Positions 1 through 11,412 of a DNA stretch of 64,000 nt are shown piece by piece (position 1 is the first letter of the stretch; every line of letters begins with the position of its first letter). A model generated the notes under the pieces. That model was not told where the DNA came from, searched no databases, and saw only the letters and a program-made list of their open reading frames with translations. The stretch is from assembly GCF_021028975.2 (NCBI RefSeq), contig NC_059437.1, forward strand, positions 27,094,001 to 27,158,000. Reading direction: 5' to 3'. The position numbers and the translations under genes were made by a program. This DNA is from Sphaerodactylus townsendi (lineage: Eukaryota).

Positions 1-286
1 GTGGTGATGGGCACTAACCTGGATAGCTTTAAAAAGGGCTTGGACAGATTTATGGAGGAGAAGTCAATTTATGGCTACCAATCTTGATCCTCCTTGATCT
101 CGGATTGCAAATGCCTTAGCAGACCAGGTGCTCAGGAGCAGCAGCAGCAGCAGAAGGCCATTGCTTTCACCTCCTGCATGTGAGCTCCCAAAGGCACCTG
201 GTGGGCCACTGCGAGTAGCAGAATGCTGGATTAGATGGACTCTGGTCTGATCCAGCAGGCTAGTTCTTATGTTCTTATGTTCTTAA
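1..286 (+). mobile_element. CR1 LINE 3' end (end of ORF2 + 3' UTR)
   Basis: Starts with GTGGTGATGG...GGATAGCTTTAAAAAGGGCTTGGACAGATTTATGGAGG, typical of the CR1 ORF2 terminus (VV...LDSFKKGLDRFME). Ends in the CR1-type tandem tail (TTCTTATG)n at 264-285. Confidence 0.85.
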
Positions 287-865
287 GGTATGAGTGAAAA
301 AAAGGTCTACTATGTCTTCTAATTTGGATTTGTTTATAAGATACCTTATACATTCAGACTTGTATGCATGTGAAACCTTGGGCATATAAATGCATCTCAG
401 TGAAGAGATGAGCAAAGCATAGACCTTCCTGGCATATTTTCTAGATAAGTCAGTGAAAGGATTCACAGGAATCCAATGTAGTGTATACTGGATTTCTCAG
501 CATTTTGGCAGGATCGTATGGTGTCTGCCAATCCCTCTCTGTGTGATATCATTTATTCTGTAACAACAAACAGAAAAGTTCAAGGAGCTGGTTGGTATTT
601 TTGAAGTGAAGTCTCTCCAGTATCTAATAATAAGAGGCAGGGTGAAGAAGTGGAATAGAAATCTCCCTAAAACAATTGCAGCATTGTAATATTCCTCAAT
701 TTTCCCAGCGACAAATACTGACACAATCAACATGCAATATTGTCAGTGATGGAGCTTATTAACTCATATGCAAAGACTAACTACTAATTTTGCATCTATG
801 GAATTCATTGCCACTAAATGCAAGAGAATTGTGAAATGTGGCATGGAATGGAGTTTATTGTCAGA

Positions 866-1052
866 GGAAGAGATGGGGCTCAGCGACAGAGTGTCTGCTA
901 TGTATACCAAAGGGCCCAAGTTTAGGGCTTCGTATCTCCAGTAAAAAGGGCCAGGTAGTGGATCTCTACCTGAGACCCTGGAGAGCCTGTGCCAGTTAGA
1001 ATAGACAACCAATCAACCAATAGTCTGACTCAACATAAGGCAGATTTATATA
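866..1052 (+). mobile_element. tRNA-derived SINE
   Basis: tRNA-like head (GGCTCAGcG..AGAG), body CTGAGACCCTGGAGAGCC..TGCCAGT.AGA.TAGACAA and tail CTCAACATAAGGCAG. Homologous copies at 10289 and 48441. Confidence 0.7.
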
Positions 1053-1483
1053 TATACCATTGACCAAAAAAATCCCACTGTGCATCCCCAAGTGCTTGAG
1101 TATGTACATAGATGGCCTCTTTATTCTTGTAGACTGTGGTATACTATTTATTTTTGAAATATCTCCCATCAGCTTTTTGGTTCTTAACAGCTCTACTTCC
1201 TGGAAACCAAAATCTATAAATGAAAAACAAAGTTGTTTTGCAAGAATAGCTGACATAGTATCAGTTAATCAATACACAGTGAGACTCAATAGGGGACACT
1301 TCTGTCCTTCATCTGGAGACAGTTATTTACAAAATAACTCTCAGGAAGATCGAAAGCAAATCACTGGTACCAACAGCAGTACCTTCCTTATTTAACGTGT
1401 GGTAATATTTGGGCCTAGCTCCTCCAGTGTTCTTTTTGTGAAAATGGCAGCAGCTACCAGTGGGGAACAATATATCTGGAAGC

Positions 1484-2119
1484 TAGGGTGGCCATTTTCC
1501 AGGTGATGACTGAAGATCTCCTAGAGTTACAATTGGTTTCAAGATGACAGAGAATAGTTTCCCCAGAGAAAATGGCTGATTTGGAACTCAGTCTCTTTGG
1601 CATTATACCTAAGATGACCAGATGGTCACCTTTGTGATCCGGGATGGGGAGGCGGCTGCGTGCGTCTTGCGCGATCGCGACGCGAGGAGCACGCTAGGCT
1701 TCTGGGGCTCAGCCATTTTGGTGTTGAGCCCAGAAGCCCGATACCTGCACGCGACGCCAGGAGTGCACGAGGCTTCTGGGAGCTTGCCGTTTGCAGCCCT
1801 GTGAGCAGAAGCCGGCAACTGGCAGAAGCCCCAGAGAGGCCCATGCGCTCCCTGCGGCCGGCGAGAAACACTCAGGAGAGAGCTGCCACACTGCATTGCG
1901 CCTCCAAGGCAGTGCAGCAGCCTCCCCACAATCGGGACAATTTGTAGAACCCGCGGGACGCGGGACAAATTGTCCAAAGGTGGGCCGGTCCCGCCAAAAG
2001 CGGGACGGCTGGTCAGCCTAATTATACCCCACTGAAATCCCTCCCCTCCCCTAACTCCACCTTCCCCAGGCTCTACCCCCAAATATCCAGGATTTTCCAA
2101 CCCTGAGCTGGCAACCCTA
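1484..2119 (+). mobile_element. Non-autonomous hAT element (TAGGGTTGCCA-type TIR), host of a nested insertion
   Basis: TIRs TAGGGTGGCCA (1484) / TGGCAACCCTA (2119); 8-bp TSD CTGGAAGC / CCGAAAGC (6/8). The body recurs many times in the window. Confidence 0.8.
1610..2020. mobile_element. Young CpG-rich hAT (Blackjack-like) non-autonomous element
   Basis: Termini TAAGATGACCAG / CTGGTCAGCCTA; perfect 8-bp TSD ATTATACC at 1602-1609 and 2021-2028; very high CpG content. Confidence 0.85.
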
Positions 2120-3216
2120 CCGAAAGCATAATTGCTGTGCAGGTGCCTGAAAAAAAGATCTGTAAGACACAGCAGTTTCAAATGGACATATACTTTCTTC
2201 TGCCCTTATGTTTGGGAAAATCCAGTAAGACCTTCACTTTCAAGGCTCAGAAAATCAAACAAGCCTTTGTGTATGGATTTTTGGCCATCTGAATCCATTA
2301 AACTTAATATCCGCAAACTTTGTTGTGAATATCCAGCACAGCTCTCTTCTAATCCTGCCTCTGACATACATTTTCCTCTCTTTAGCTTTGAGGAAGCTGG
2401 CAAAAACATCCGACATCGATTTCCCTATCTGAAAAAAACAAGGATAATAATGCTCAAATGCTTGAAAGAGGGTGTTGTGAAGCCTAATTTATATTTGTAA
2501 TATGCTTTTGAGATTAAAGCACTATGCAAATAATGAGCATTATCGGCACTCAGTCAATTTCACAATAGGGATACCACCAGCTTGCATGCAAGAGAGTATT
2601 CTGTTCAGAAATAGAACAAGCACCAGGGATGAATGGATGCCTTCTGCCTATTTTTGCTGTATACATTTTCTTTTTCTTTCCTCTTTTTTTCTGCTGTGTT
2701 TTCTTTATACTTAGCTACAAAAATAACACCACTTTTCATACACAGGCTGGAGAAAAGGTACATGCTTGAGATCATATTGGGAAGTAAAGATCCAAATTAA
2801 CAAAAAATCAGGAGTAGAAGAGGATTAACAGGACAATCAAGGCAGTTAAAATATATTTATCAGTTCTCTGCATATCATTAAATGTCAATATTTGGAAATG
2901 TGTTCTGGTCCTAATATTCCATCAGTGCTTTCCTTCTATCTGATTTGACTGTATGATATAGCAGCAGTGCTTGTCCCGACTTGGTAATGGATGGATTCAA
3001 TGACCTCCTGCCCCCCTAGTAAGTTATCCTTGTAATCACTAAGTGTTGGAAACATGGAGGCAGTTATAAGCTCTGTGAGCACCTATATTGTCACCAACTT
3101 AAGAGAGGAAGGGGGTGCTGATCTGCTTTCAGGGTTGGCACCAGTAGTATTCTGCCTCAAACAGGCATTTTTTAACCATTTATTTAAATCATTTGTAGTC
3201 TGCCTTTCTCACAGAT

Positions 3217-3366
3217 GGCCCCTTTTGCACATGCAGAATAATGCACTTTCAATCCACGTTCAATGCACTTTGAAGCTGGATTTTACTGTGCAGAATAGCA
3301 AAATCCACTTTCAAACAGTTGTGAAAATGGATTAAATGTACTTTTTTTGCATGTGCGGAAGGGACC
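3217..3366. mobile_element. ~150-bp palindromic MITE (GGCCCCTTCCGCACATGCAGAATAA TIR; PIF/Harbinger-like)
   Basis: Inverted termini GGCCCCTTTTGCACATGCAGAA / TTTTGCATGTGCGGAAGGGACC; four more copies in the window. Confidence 0.75.
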
Positions 3367-3472
3367 TCAAGACTCAAGGAGGATTGTGTGGGATGAGACT
3401 AGGGATAGTTCATAAACAATACAAGAGGGGCTTGGATTGCAGAAATCTGCAAATGAGAAAAAAATGAAAATG

Positions 3473-3510
3473 GAACTGAAACGAAACTGAAACTGAAACT
3501 TAAACTGAAA
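3473..3510 (+). repeat. (GAAACT)n hexamer microsatellite
   Basis: GAACTGAAACGAAACTGAAACTGAAACTTAAACTGAAAC. Confidence 0.8.
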
Positions 3511-3904
3511 CAAAGCATAAGGATTAACACAGCCTGCTAAAGTGTGCAGAAAATACATAGAAGGGTTATACTTATGGAAACATATTCATAAGACATCTGT
3601 CATGGATCCAAGCCAAAACTAGCAGGGCTTGTGGTAAGGGATGGCTAGAGTTTCCAGGTTCCCTCTGGCAACCTGTCGGGAAAAACATCCAAAACATCCA
3701 TTTTCTTCAGGGGGACTGATCTCTGTAATCTAGCGATAGCTGTAATTCCAGAGGAATCCTCAAATCCCATGTGGAAACTAACAGTTCTAGCAGCGGCCTG
3801 TCCACTAGAGGGAGCTAGGCAATTGTCTAGGATACCAATGGTCAGGGGCATCAGGGGTACCAAGAGAAGCTTACTGGGCTAAGCAGCAGCCCTGAAGAGT
3901 GTCT

Positions 3905-4175
3905 CTGGCCCCTTCCCTCCCCTCCCCTCCCTTGCATGCCACCACTCACTCACTATCCTCCCTTGCATGCCACCCTTCACTCCGCTCTCTCTCCCTCTGC
4001 TAGGGTGGGTGGGCCATGTCCAGATGCCGGGCCCCCTTCCCTCCCTTGCATGCCATTCCACACTCACTCCCCTGTGGCTGTAACCCCTCCCTCCCCTCAC
4101 TTGCATGCCACCCCTCCCTTCCCTTCCTTTGCATGCCACCCTTCCCGCTCCCTCCCTTCCCCACAGCACCCTGCT
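3905..4175 (+). repeat. C-rich degenerate tandem repeat with recurring CCTTGCATGCCAC unit
   Basis: Five TTGCATGCC units embedded in CCCT runs; the minus strand is G-run rich. Confidence 0.75.
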
Positions 4176-4949
4176 CTCCTTGTCTACCATTCCCCAGGAA
4201 ACAAGATGGGTGCCAGCTCTGCTGTACTCCCTCCCTCCTACTTCATGGAGAAATGGGGTGGGGTGGCTACCTTGGCCTGCCTTCCTCCACTCTGCCCCTG
4301 AAAAGGAGGGAAGGAAGAAGAACAGGTGGACAGGTCTACGTGCACCTAGAGAGGCGCCCAAACAGAGAAAGCCATTAGCAACTGCCCTAGGGTGCAGAAG
4401 AGTTTTCATAATATGGATATGTACACTGTCTATGATTTATACGAACCATGTGTTGTAAGGTATATTGCTGAGTTATTGATGTACAAACACTGGCAAGGGG
4501 GGGGATTCTTAGTAAGGGAAAACAAAAAAACATGGAAAGAAAGAATCACTACAATTTACACAACCACAAAGCAATATTGAAAAAAAAAAGATGTTTGAAC
4601 CGAATCAGCAAGAATGGGACATGACAAATCACACCCAATTCATTCCTGGTTTTGTATACTGTAGTATTGTGTGTAAGTGTGTGTATAATTCTCAAACTGA
4701 GGATAATGGCTATAGCTTCCCTCCAACTGTTGCATAATGCTGAAGATTCTGCTTCATCTTCTGTATGCTATCTTTATTCTTCAACTAACTGGAGAGCCAA
4801 GACAGAGGTAATTTTTTAAAATTCAAAAATATTTTGCAGTTGCAGCAGCAGTATGTGAAACATCAGGTGGTTGGGTGCAATGGTAACTTCCTACAGCCAC
4901 AATTTCACACCATATGACCAGAGGGCCTTTGGGAAGTTGTTATACCCCT

Positions 4950-5135
4950 GACTGGATAGCCCTAGCTAGCCTGATTTCTTCAGATCTCAGAAGCAAAACA
5001 GGGTTGGCCCTGGTAAGTACTTGGAATGATGGCCATCAAGCGATCCCACAATTGTTATACAGAGGCAGACAATGGCAAACCACCACTGAAGGTCTCTGGC
5101 CTTGGAAACCCTACAAAGTCAAGTTGGATGCAACT
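4950..5135 (+). mobile_element. 5S rRNA-derived SINE (5S-Sauria-like)
   Basis: Head CCTGATTTCTTCAGATCTCAGAAGCAAAACAGGGTTGGCCCTGGTAAGTACTTGGA resembles 5S rRNA. It is followed by the Sauria-type body GAGGCAGACAATGGCAAACCACC. Confidence 0.75.
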
Positions 5136-7072
5136 TGGTGGAATGTTTCTTCACCATAGTTTTATAACACCATAATGGCCTTGTTTGCACAAACAATTAC
5201 ATTCCAACATTCATTTTTAATAGTGAGCCTTCCCCTTTTTGTTGCAGAGATAAAAAGGAAAGGTATGCAAGACAAAGTGCTAGAGGCCTTTTTTGAAAAA
5301 AAAAGGAGAGCTAAAATCCATCAGATTGTGACAATAGATCATTATGATGTTATACCAATACAGCAATCTAGGACTGATTTTTTAAAGCCCTCCCCCCAAT
5401 ACTTTTCAGCTGGGGCAGGGATTAATTTGTGGCCACAGGAATCCAGGAAAAGGGAATCAAACTGGGCAGGACTTTCAAAAATGTACACCTTCCAGTCTAA
5501 TTGGTAGGCAAAGGCAGTTTGACTGATCTTCCTAGTCATTTGCTATGTTTATGCATATGGGCCTTTTATAGCATATTACAATATTCTGTGCTGCCCTGAG
5601 AGAAGACGCTAGCATGAGCTACCTCCCCTATGATCCAACTTATCTGCATGATACAAAAATCCATACTTCTAGACGCAGAATAGGAGCCAGTCAGAGAGAG
5701 GGGCTTTGCAGTGTTAGTATCCAAGCCTGAAAGATAACAGGGCCAGTAAACCATTGCAAGAATGAAGGCTGAGGATTGAGAATAATAAGCAGAAAGAGGG
5801 AAGCAGCAGCTGCACTGCAGCTGGAAAATTAAGCTTTTGTGATTTGAGAAAACTACCACCCACAATGTTTGAAATTATATATATATATATATTTAAACAC
5901 ACACACACACACACATTGACTGACTCTCTAATCTGTTTCTTGTTGTGTTACAAATACAAGTGGTCCCAGTAAATCAATATGTGACTGAAAACCTGGCACA
6001 AAAGACAGAAATGGGAATATTTCTAACATTTGAACAACAACAAAAAGCAAGCACAAGCTTCCATTTCATCTTTGAACCTGTTTGCTTTGCCACCAAAAAA
6101 GGCAAGTCAGCCTCACCACTGGCCACTGTCTCTGGGAACCTGAGTCTCTGAAATGTGTTTAATGTGTTACCACCCTTGCAGAGTCCTGCATTCCTGCTTT
6201 AGTCAAATGGGAGGGGTTATTGCACTGTTATTCCTACTTGGGATTCCAGTTCAATATCTTCAAGCTACAGAGAACATTAATACAAAATTCCACTGAGGAA
6301 AGGTGGGGGAAGTGAAAAAAAAATCTACTTTGGATAATGCTCTGAAGATGGCACTGTAGTAACAACATCATGCTGCAAATGGATCGGAGATGCCTGTGTC
6401 TGTTGCCAGGACTCTGGATTTTTCAAATAAATTCATTTCCTTCAGCAAGTGCAATGCTGAAGGTCAGTTTAATGTAGCATCCACCGACATTGGTACCATA
6501 ATTAAGGCTGCATTGGGGCTGATTTTATTTAGCTCAGTGTGCAAGACAGCTGTACCTCTGCTCTGTATTTCGAAGATCGCTTAGTTGATCGTGCTGACTT
6601 GGTTTATGGGTTATATTATCTACTTTTTGACTTTCTTTTTTCTCGTATTTTAAGAAAGCCCTTGAGTATATGGAATAGTTATCATGAACAACAAATTAAG
6701 TGGTAAACATGTATCTGCCCACCCTATATTTTCTTCCTAGTTGAAAAGGAAATGGGCCCACATGCAATGAATTCCTAGACCTTCATATGCATCAGAGTTT
6801 AGTTTAAATAGCTGGATTTCTGTAAAAGTCACAAATGATGCCACAGTGTCTTAAAGGCAATTGGGTGAAGTGCAGGAGGTAGGAATGACAAGCAGCAATG
6901 ACTATTTCCAGTGCAAGAACTTAGCAATAGAAAGGGCCAGCTGCATATTGTAAGTGGCAGTTATGTATGTACAAAAGTTTACAAAACCACCTTGGAGAAT
7001 GTCCCCCATACTTGAAATGGCAGTATGGAACTCATGGAAGGCAATGTTACATATAAATGGAATATAAAATGG

Positions 7073-7238
7073 CAGAGGCGTAGCTCCAAGGAGGCCAGGT
7101 GTGTGTGATGCACTGGACGCATGCCCCTGTGGGGTGTGGCGAGGGCATTCCGGGGGCGGGGCTGGACAGGGGGTGTTCTGGGGCAGGAGGGAGGACACAC
7201 CAGTGCACCGGCCACTTTCCCCCCTTCCTACACCTGTG
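7073..7238. mobile_element. hAT MITE (CAGWGGCGTAGC TIR family)
   Basis: Termini CAGAGGCGTAG / CTACACCTGTG; perfect 8-bp TSD TAAAATGG at 7065-7072 and 7239-7246. Confidence 0.85.
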
Positions 7239-7409
7239 TAAAATGGTTTACATATTCCACATAACATAGCAGTGGTGTACAAATGACAAACACATGAAAA
7301 CAGGGGTGAGCCAAAGAAAGTGGAGGGGGCAAATACGGTGTTCCTGACCATACATGGAGTTAAAAGGAATTAATAGCATACATATTTATACAGCTCTGCC
7401 TCAACAAAA

Positions 7410-7640
7410 AATAAGTCCTGCTGGATTAGGCCAAGGAATCATTTGTGGCATTTTGTTTCCAACAGTGCAGTCAGATGGCTCTAGAAATCCCACAAGGAGG
7501 GCATGAATGTAAGAAGAGCTTTCTACTGTTTTTTGGCCTCTACAAAATGTTATTCAGAGATACACTGTGTCTGAGTGTGGAGGTTCCTGTAAGCTATTTT
7601 AACTAATAGTTCTGAAATCTCTTTTCTCATCAGGGGTCAA
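7410..7640 (-). mobile_element. Degraded CR1 3' UTR fragment
   Basis: GTCCTGCTGGATTAGGCCAAGG..GCATTTTGTTTCCAACAGTG..CAGATG is reverse-complement similar to the CR1 3' UTR at 190-270. Confidence 0.55.
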
Positions 7641-8999
7641 AACCAGCACAGTACTTTACATAAACATCCTTTTAACTAATTCCTGTTTTGATGTATGAGC
7701 ACCTGTTTAATTTTTTTTACTCATTAGCTAATGGGAAACTGCTTGTGACACATCCTTTTTGATAACAGGTACAAATCGTTCTCAAAATGACTCTTTGTGT
7801 GTGTATGTGACACACACACACAGAAAGAGAAAAAGAGAGAGAGAGAGAGAGGCAAATATAGATATATTCTGACTTCGTACAGAAAAAGAACATAGTGCAA
7901 AAAATTTTAGTCATGGAGAAAATGTATTGCCTAATTTGAATGACTGGCAGACAGGAAAATTGCCAGTGTGTGTCTGAATGTGTAGGCCTTTCAGGACTCC
8001 AAAATAATATCCCAGAAAAAAAAAACATGAGCATAAACACTGCACAAGACCTAGCTTGATTATTCCCTTCAAGAAAATGTGTGAGAGATCTTTTCATAGC
8101 TTCCCTACTTTACTGTCCTCCCCCACCTTCCACCCACCCATGCTTGGATCACAGAAAAACACTATGGATAAGTAAACACTTCAGACTTGCAGTCGTTCAG
8201 TGTCTGACTAGCGTCAGAGTCTCTAATATTGGAATTAAAGCACACTGTATTGGGGAATTGATCCGAGAGTCTTTTCCATTGGTTTCAACATTTCTAGTGT
8301 AAGTTCCCTCCTCTTCCATTTGGAACGAAATTCTCAGAAACTGCACTCCTTACTTAGGGGAGATTGTATCTCAGGTGCATATGACAAATCATCCCTATTT
8401 TATAGGCAATTAAAATTCTCACTTTCAGAGTGCACATAAGCAAGAGTAAATTGGCACCCAAGTGAACTTTTTTCTTTCTTTCCCAGAAGTCTCAGATAGA
8501 AGAGTCTGGATTTTCTAAAATTATAAAAATGGGGCATGTAGAAAAGGGAAACAAAATCTGAGCCTCCTTCACCTGGCCTTACCATGCTCCATCAACATTT
8601 TTCTCATAACCCAACTGACTTTACTGTCAGGACCTGCTTCAATGAAAATATGCTTCAAATACTAACTGAAGTCATTTTTTGGATAGGGCACAATTTGGCT
8701 GTCAAACCCAATCACCTTTGAGCACCTGATAGTTCTTTGCATGATCTTAGCTAGGTTGTATATGTGAGGAAATGAATTCCTTGTTTCTATTTTAACATGC
8801 ATTTATATTTTTGATGACTATTTTGAGTCTTAATTTTTTACTGTTCTTTTTCTAAATACTTTTAAGTGTGGCATGTATAATGTACAGCTTCCATGCAATT
8901 CTATGCTGTCTGCACAGAATTAATACATATCAAATTCATCACTTGGGGTGTACATAACAGAACTCCCAAGTTGAAAATATACACAAAAATCGCTGGTTC

Positions 9000-9575
9000 A
9001 GGTCATTACTTTGGGTTCCCAGAATGGTATTAGGCATCTGCACGACTTACTGAAACAAAACTATCCTTCCCAAACATCCATGTTCTTCAAAGTGCGGATG
9101 TTTATCAAGCCAGCAGGAGCATGTATTGGATCTTGGTGCACACCCCTGAGGGACCATCTCTCCCAATATATCTATCAAAATTGCTTTGCAAAATCAAATC
9201 GACTGGTGATCCTTGGCCCCAGGGAAGTGTGGCTGGCCTCAACCAGGGCTGGGGCTTTTTTTGCCATGTTCCCAGCCTGGTGGTAAGCTCTCTCAGAGGA
9301 AACCAAGGCCCTGTGGGCTCTGCAAGACCCTGAAGACAGAGTTGTTCCACCACGCTTATGGTTGAGACAGCTATAGTTAACAACTGGAGTCCCCTGACAG
9401 TCCATCCCTGACAATGAAATTGTCAGTGTTGTTATAATTTAGTGCCCTGATACACTGATAACCTAGAAGTGTCTCCTCTTGATATGGAATTTTGATGTGA
9501 TATTTACTGTTTTAAGTGCTTTTGTTTTAAATTTTTGTTGTGCTTGAAAGGGGAGAGGTGGGATATCAAAACAAA
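9000..9575 (+). mobile_element. Degraded L2 LINE 3' portion
   Basis: Remnant reading LRDHLSQY...ASTRAGAF..PAWW matches L2 ORF2 C-terminal motifs. Tail GGGAGAGGTGGGATATCAAAACAAATAA. Confidence 0.55.
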
Positions 9576-9581
9576 TAATAG

Positions 9582-9618
<37 letters not shown>

Positions 9619-9620
9619 AA
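9582..9620 (+). repeat. (GAT)n microsatellite
   Basis: ~12 perfect TGA/GAT units. Confidence 0.95.
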
Positions 9621-9734
9621 TCACTAAGAGTAATAATAAATGTATGATGTCCCCATTTTGGTTGTGAAACTGGGGTGCTCTCTATTAATGGTGTATTTTT
9701 GTTGTGGGTTTTGTCCCTGGCTTAGAAGTCTTGT

Positions 9735-9925
9735 CAGCCCAGGTTAGCTGAGCTTCTTGGAATTTGTGAATTAAGCAGGGTCGTCATGGTCAGTACTTCG
9801 ATGAGAGACCACTGAGGCAGACTGGGGTTGCCATGCAGAGGCAGGCAACGGCAAACAACTTCTGCTCTGCACTTGCCTGGGACTACCTCAAGGATGTGTT
9901 GCCATGATTGCATTGTGACTCAAAA
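9735..9925 (+). mobile_element. 5S-Sauria-like SINE (degraded)
   Basis: TAAGCAGGGTCG..TGGTCAGTACTTCGATGAGAGACC (5S-like) followed by GAGGCAGGCAACGGCAAAC. Confidence 0.7.
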
Positions 9926-10288
9926 GCAGTCTTGTCTGCCTGCTGGAATCAACTGATGACAATAATCCTAGTGTATTTACATTTCAGGAAGAGATGTGTT
10001 TAGGGATGATACCATTTGCAACCATCAAATTTCTGGGTTTGATTTGAATATTTTCACTTCAAATTTGCTTCTGCTTGTGAGAAACAAACTGGTGGATCAT
10101 TATTTTTTGCACTATTTCCTGCTTCCTCCTGCCTAGTTTTTGCCATTAAAATGTACACATTTTTAATATTTTATGTCAACCAAGGTCTCAACATGGCATG
10201 TATGTATGAAAGAAATAATAGAATCAGCAATGAAAAAAAAAATGAGGCGAATCAAAGCAATAATATTGTCAACACAAAGAGTCAAATG

Positions 10289-10740
10289 AGAAGAGGCTGT
10301 AACTCAGTGGCAAAATACCTGCTCTCCAAGCAGAGCATCCCAAATTCAATTCACAACATCTCCAGTTAAAATAGAAAATGGTGTGAAAGACCTCAATCTG
10401 AGACCCTAGAGTTGCTGCCAATCACAGTAGACAATACTGATAATGGTTGGCCAGTGCTTATGTATTGCATAATTTAAATTTTAGCTTTTACTGCTGCTTT
10501 CAATGTTTGATTGTTTTATACTGTATTTTATATGCTGTACACCGCCCAGAGCCCTTCGGGGATGGGGCGGTATAGAAGCCTAATAAATAAATAAATAAAT
10601 AAAATATAGACCTCCTAGAAGCACCTGTTTGACCACTGTATGGATAGATTGCTGGACTTGATGGACGTTGGTCTGATCCAATGTGGCTTTTTTAATGTTC
10701 CAATTATATAACTCAATATAACACAGCTTTATGTGTTCAT
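10289..10740 (+). mobile_element. tRNA-SINE interrupted by an L2-type 3' tail (~10460-10605) and a CR1 tail fragment (~10610-10700)
   Basis: SINE head/body at 10289-10458 and SINE tail ACTCAATATAACACAGCTTTATGTGTTCAT at 10711-10740. The inserts contain CCGCCCAGAGCCCTTCGGGGATGGGGCGGTATAG(TAAA)n and GCTGGACTTGATGGACGTTGGTCTGATCCA. Confidence 0.65.
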
Positions 10741-10741
10741 A

Positions 10742-11412
10742 CAGAGTAAGTGTTGTAGATTTCATACTGCCAGGAGGCTGCACAGACACCGCCACGATCA
10801 GAAGTGGCATGACAAGCAGCATAAGAAGGCCCACCTGGGCACTGCTCTGAAGGCCAATTCCTTTGGGACAGCTTCCCATGCCAAGGCCCTGGAAAAAGTT
10901 GGTGAGAGGCTAAACAGCCAAATTCTGCAATTAGGAAGCATGTCAGAGTCCAACTCATCAAGAACAGGGAGAAAATAATAGCCTTTGTTTCTAATGATGG
11001 TTGTTTGAACTTCATTGAGCAGAACGGTGAGGTTCTAGTCACTGGCTTTGGTTGAAGGGGTCATGCCAGAGGTGGGATTCAACCAGTTCTCACCATTTCT
11101 CTAGAAGTGGTTACTATTTTTTTTTCTGAGTGCCGAGAAGGGGTTACTAAAGCAACCTCCCTGCCCAATAGCCCCATTGGCGCTACGCCACTGTTTGAAT
11201 CCCACCACCATTGGAACCTGTTATTAAAATTTTTGGATTCCACCACTGGGTCATGCTGTTGGTGAGATTTCTGGAGTTCATTTCAAGGTCAAGCAATTTT
11301 TTTTCAGCTACCCTTGTACAAAGGCAAAATGGAGAAACCAAGATCATAAAACTAGTTGAACCTTTGAGATGGTCAATAAAGTTTTCTCATAAATTAAAAA
11401 AAACAAAAAAAA
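10742..11412 (+). pseudogene. RPS23: Processed (retro) pseudogene of 40S ribosomal protein S23
   Basis: Translates to [103 protein letters not shown][MITE]VGEISGVHFKV...LYKGKMEKPRS*, which is RPS23. It is intronless, with the start ATG lost, a frameshift near 10904, a premature TGA at 11053-55, native stop TAA at 11347-49, AATAAA at 11375-80 and an A-tail at 11396-11412. Confidence 0.97.
11067..11248. mobile_element. hAT MITE (CAGWGGTGGGAT TIR) inserted in the RPS23 pseudogene
   Basis: Termini CAGAGGTGGGATTC / GGATTCCACCACTG; perfect 8-bp TSD GGTCATGC at 11059-11066 and 11249-11256. Confidence 0.92.

Noticed and set aside
1609-2181. 190-aa ORF and overlapping GC-rich ORFs / apparent CpG-island promoter
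   Set aside because: They lie almost entirely within TSD-bounded nested hAT elements; the open frames reflect high GC, and no protein motifs are recognisable.
3879-4458. Several 117-176-aa Pro- or Gly/Arg-rich ORFs
   Set aside because: Products of a low-complexity C-rich tandem repeat.
4950-5040. 5S rRNA gene-like sequence (also ~9770, ~33575, ~35030)
   Set aside because: Diverged, incomplete and fused to a Sauria-type SINE body, so these are SINE heads, not rRNA genes.
10733-10978. Functional RPS23 gene
   Set aside because: No introns, start codon lost, frameshift, premature stop, MITE insertion and genomic A-tail.
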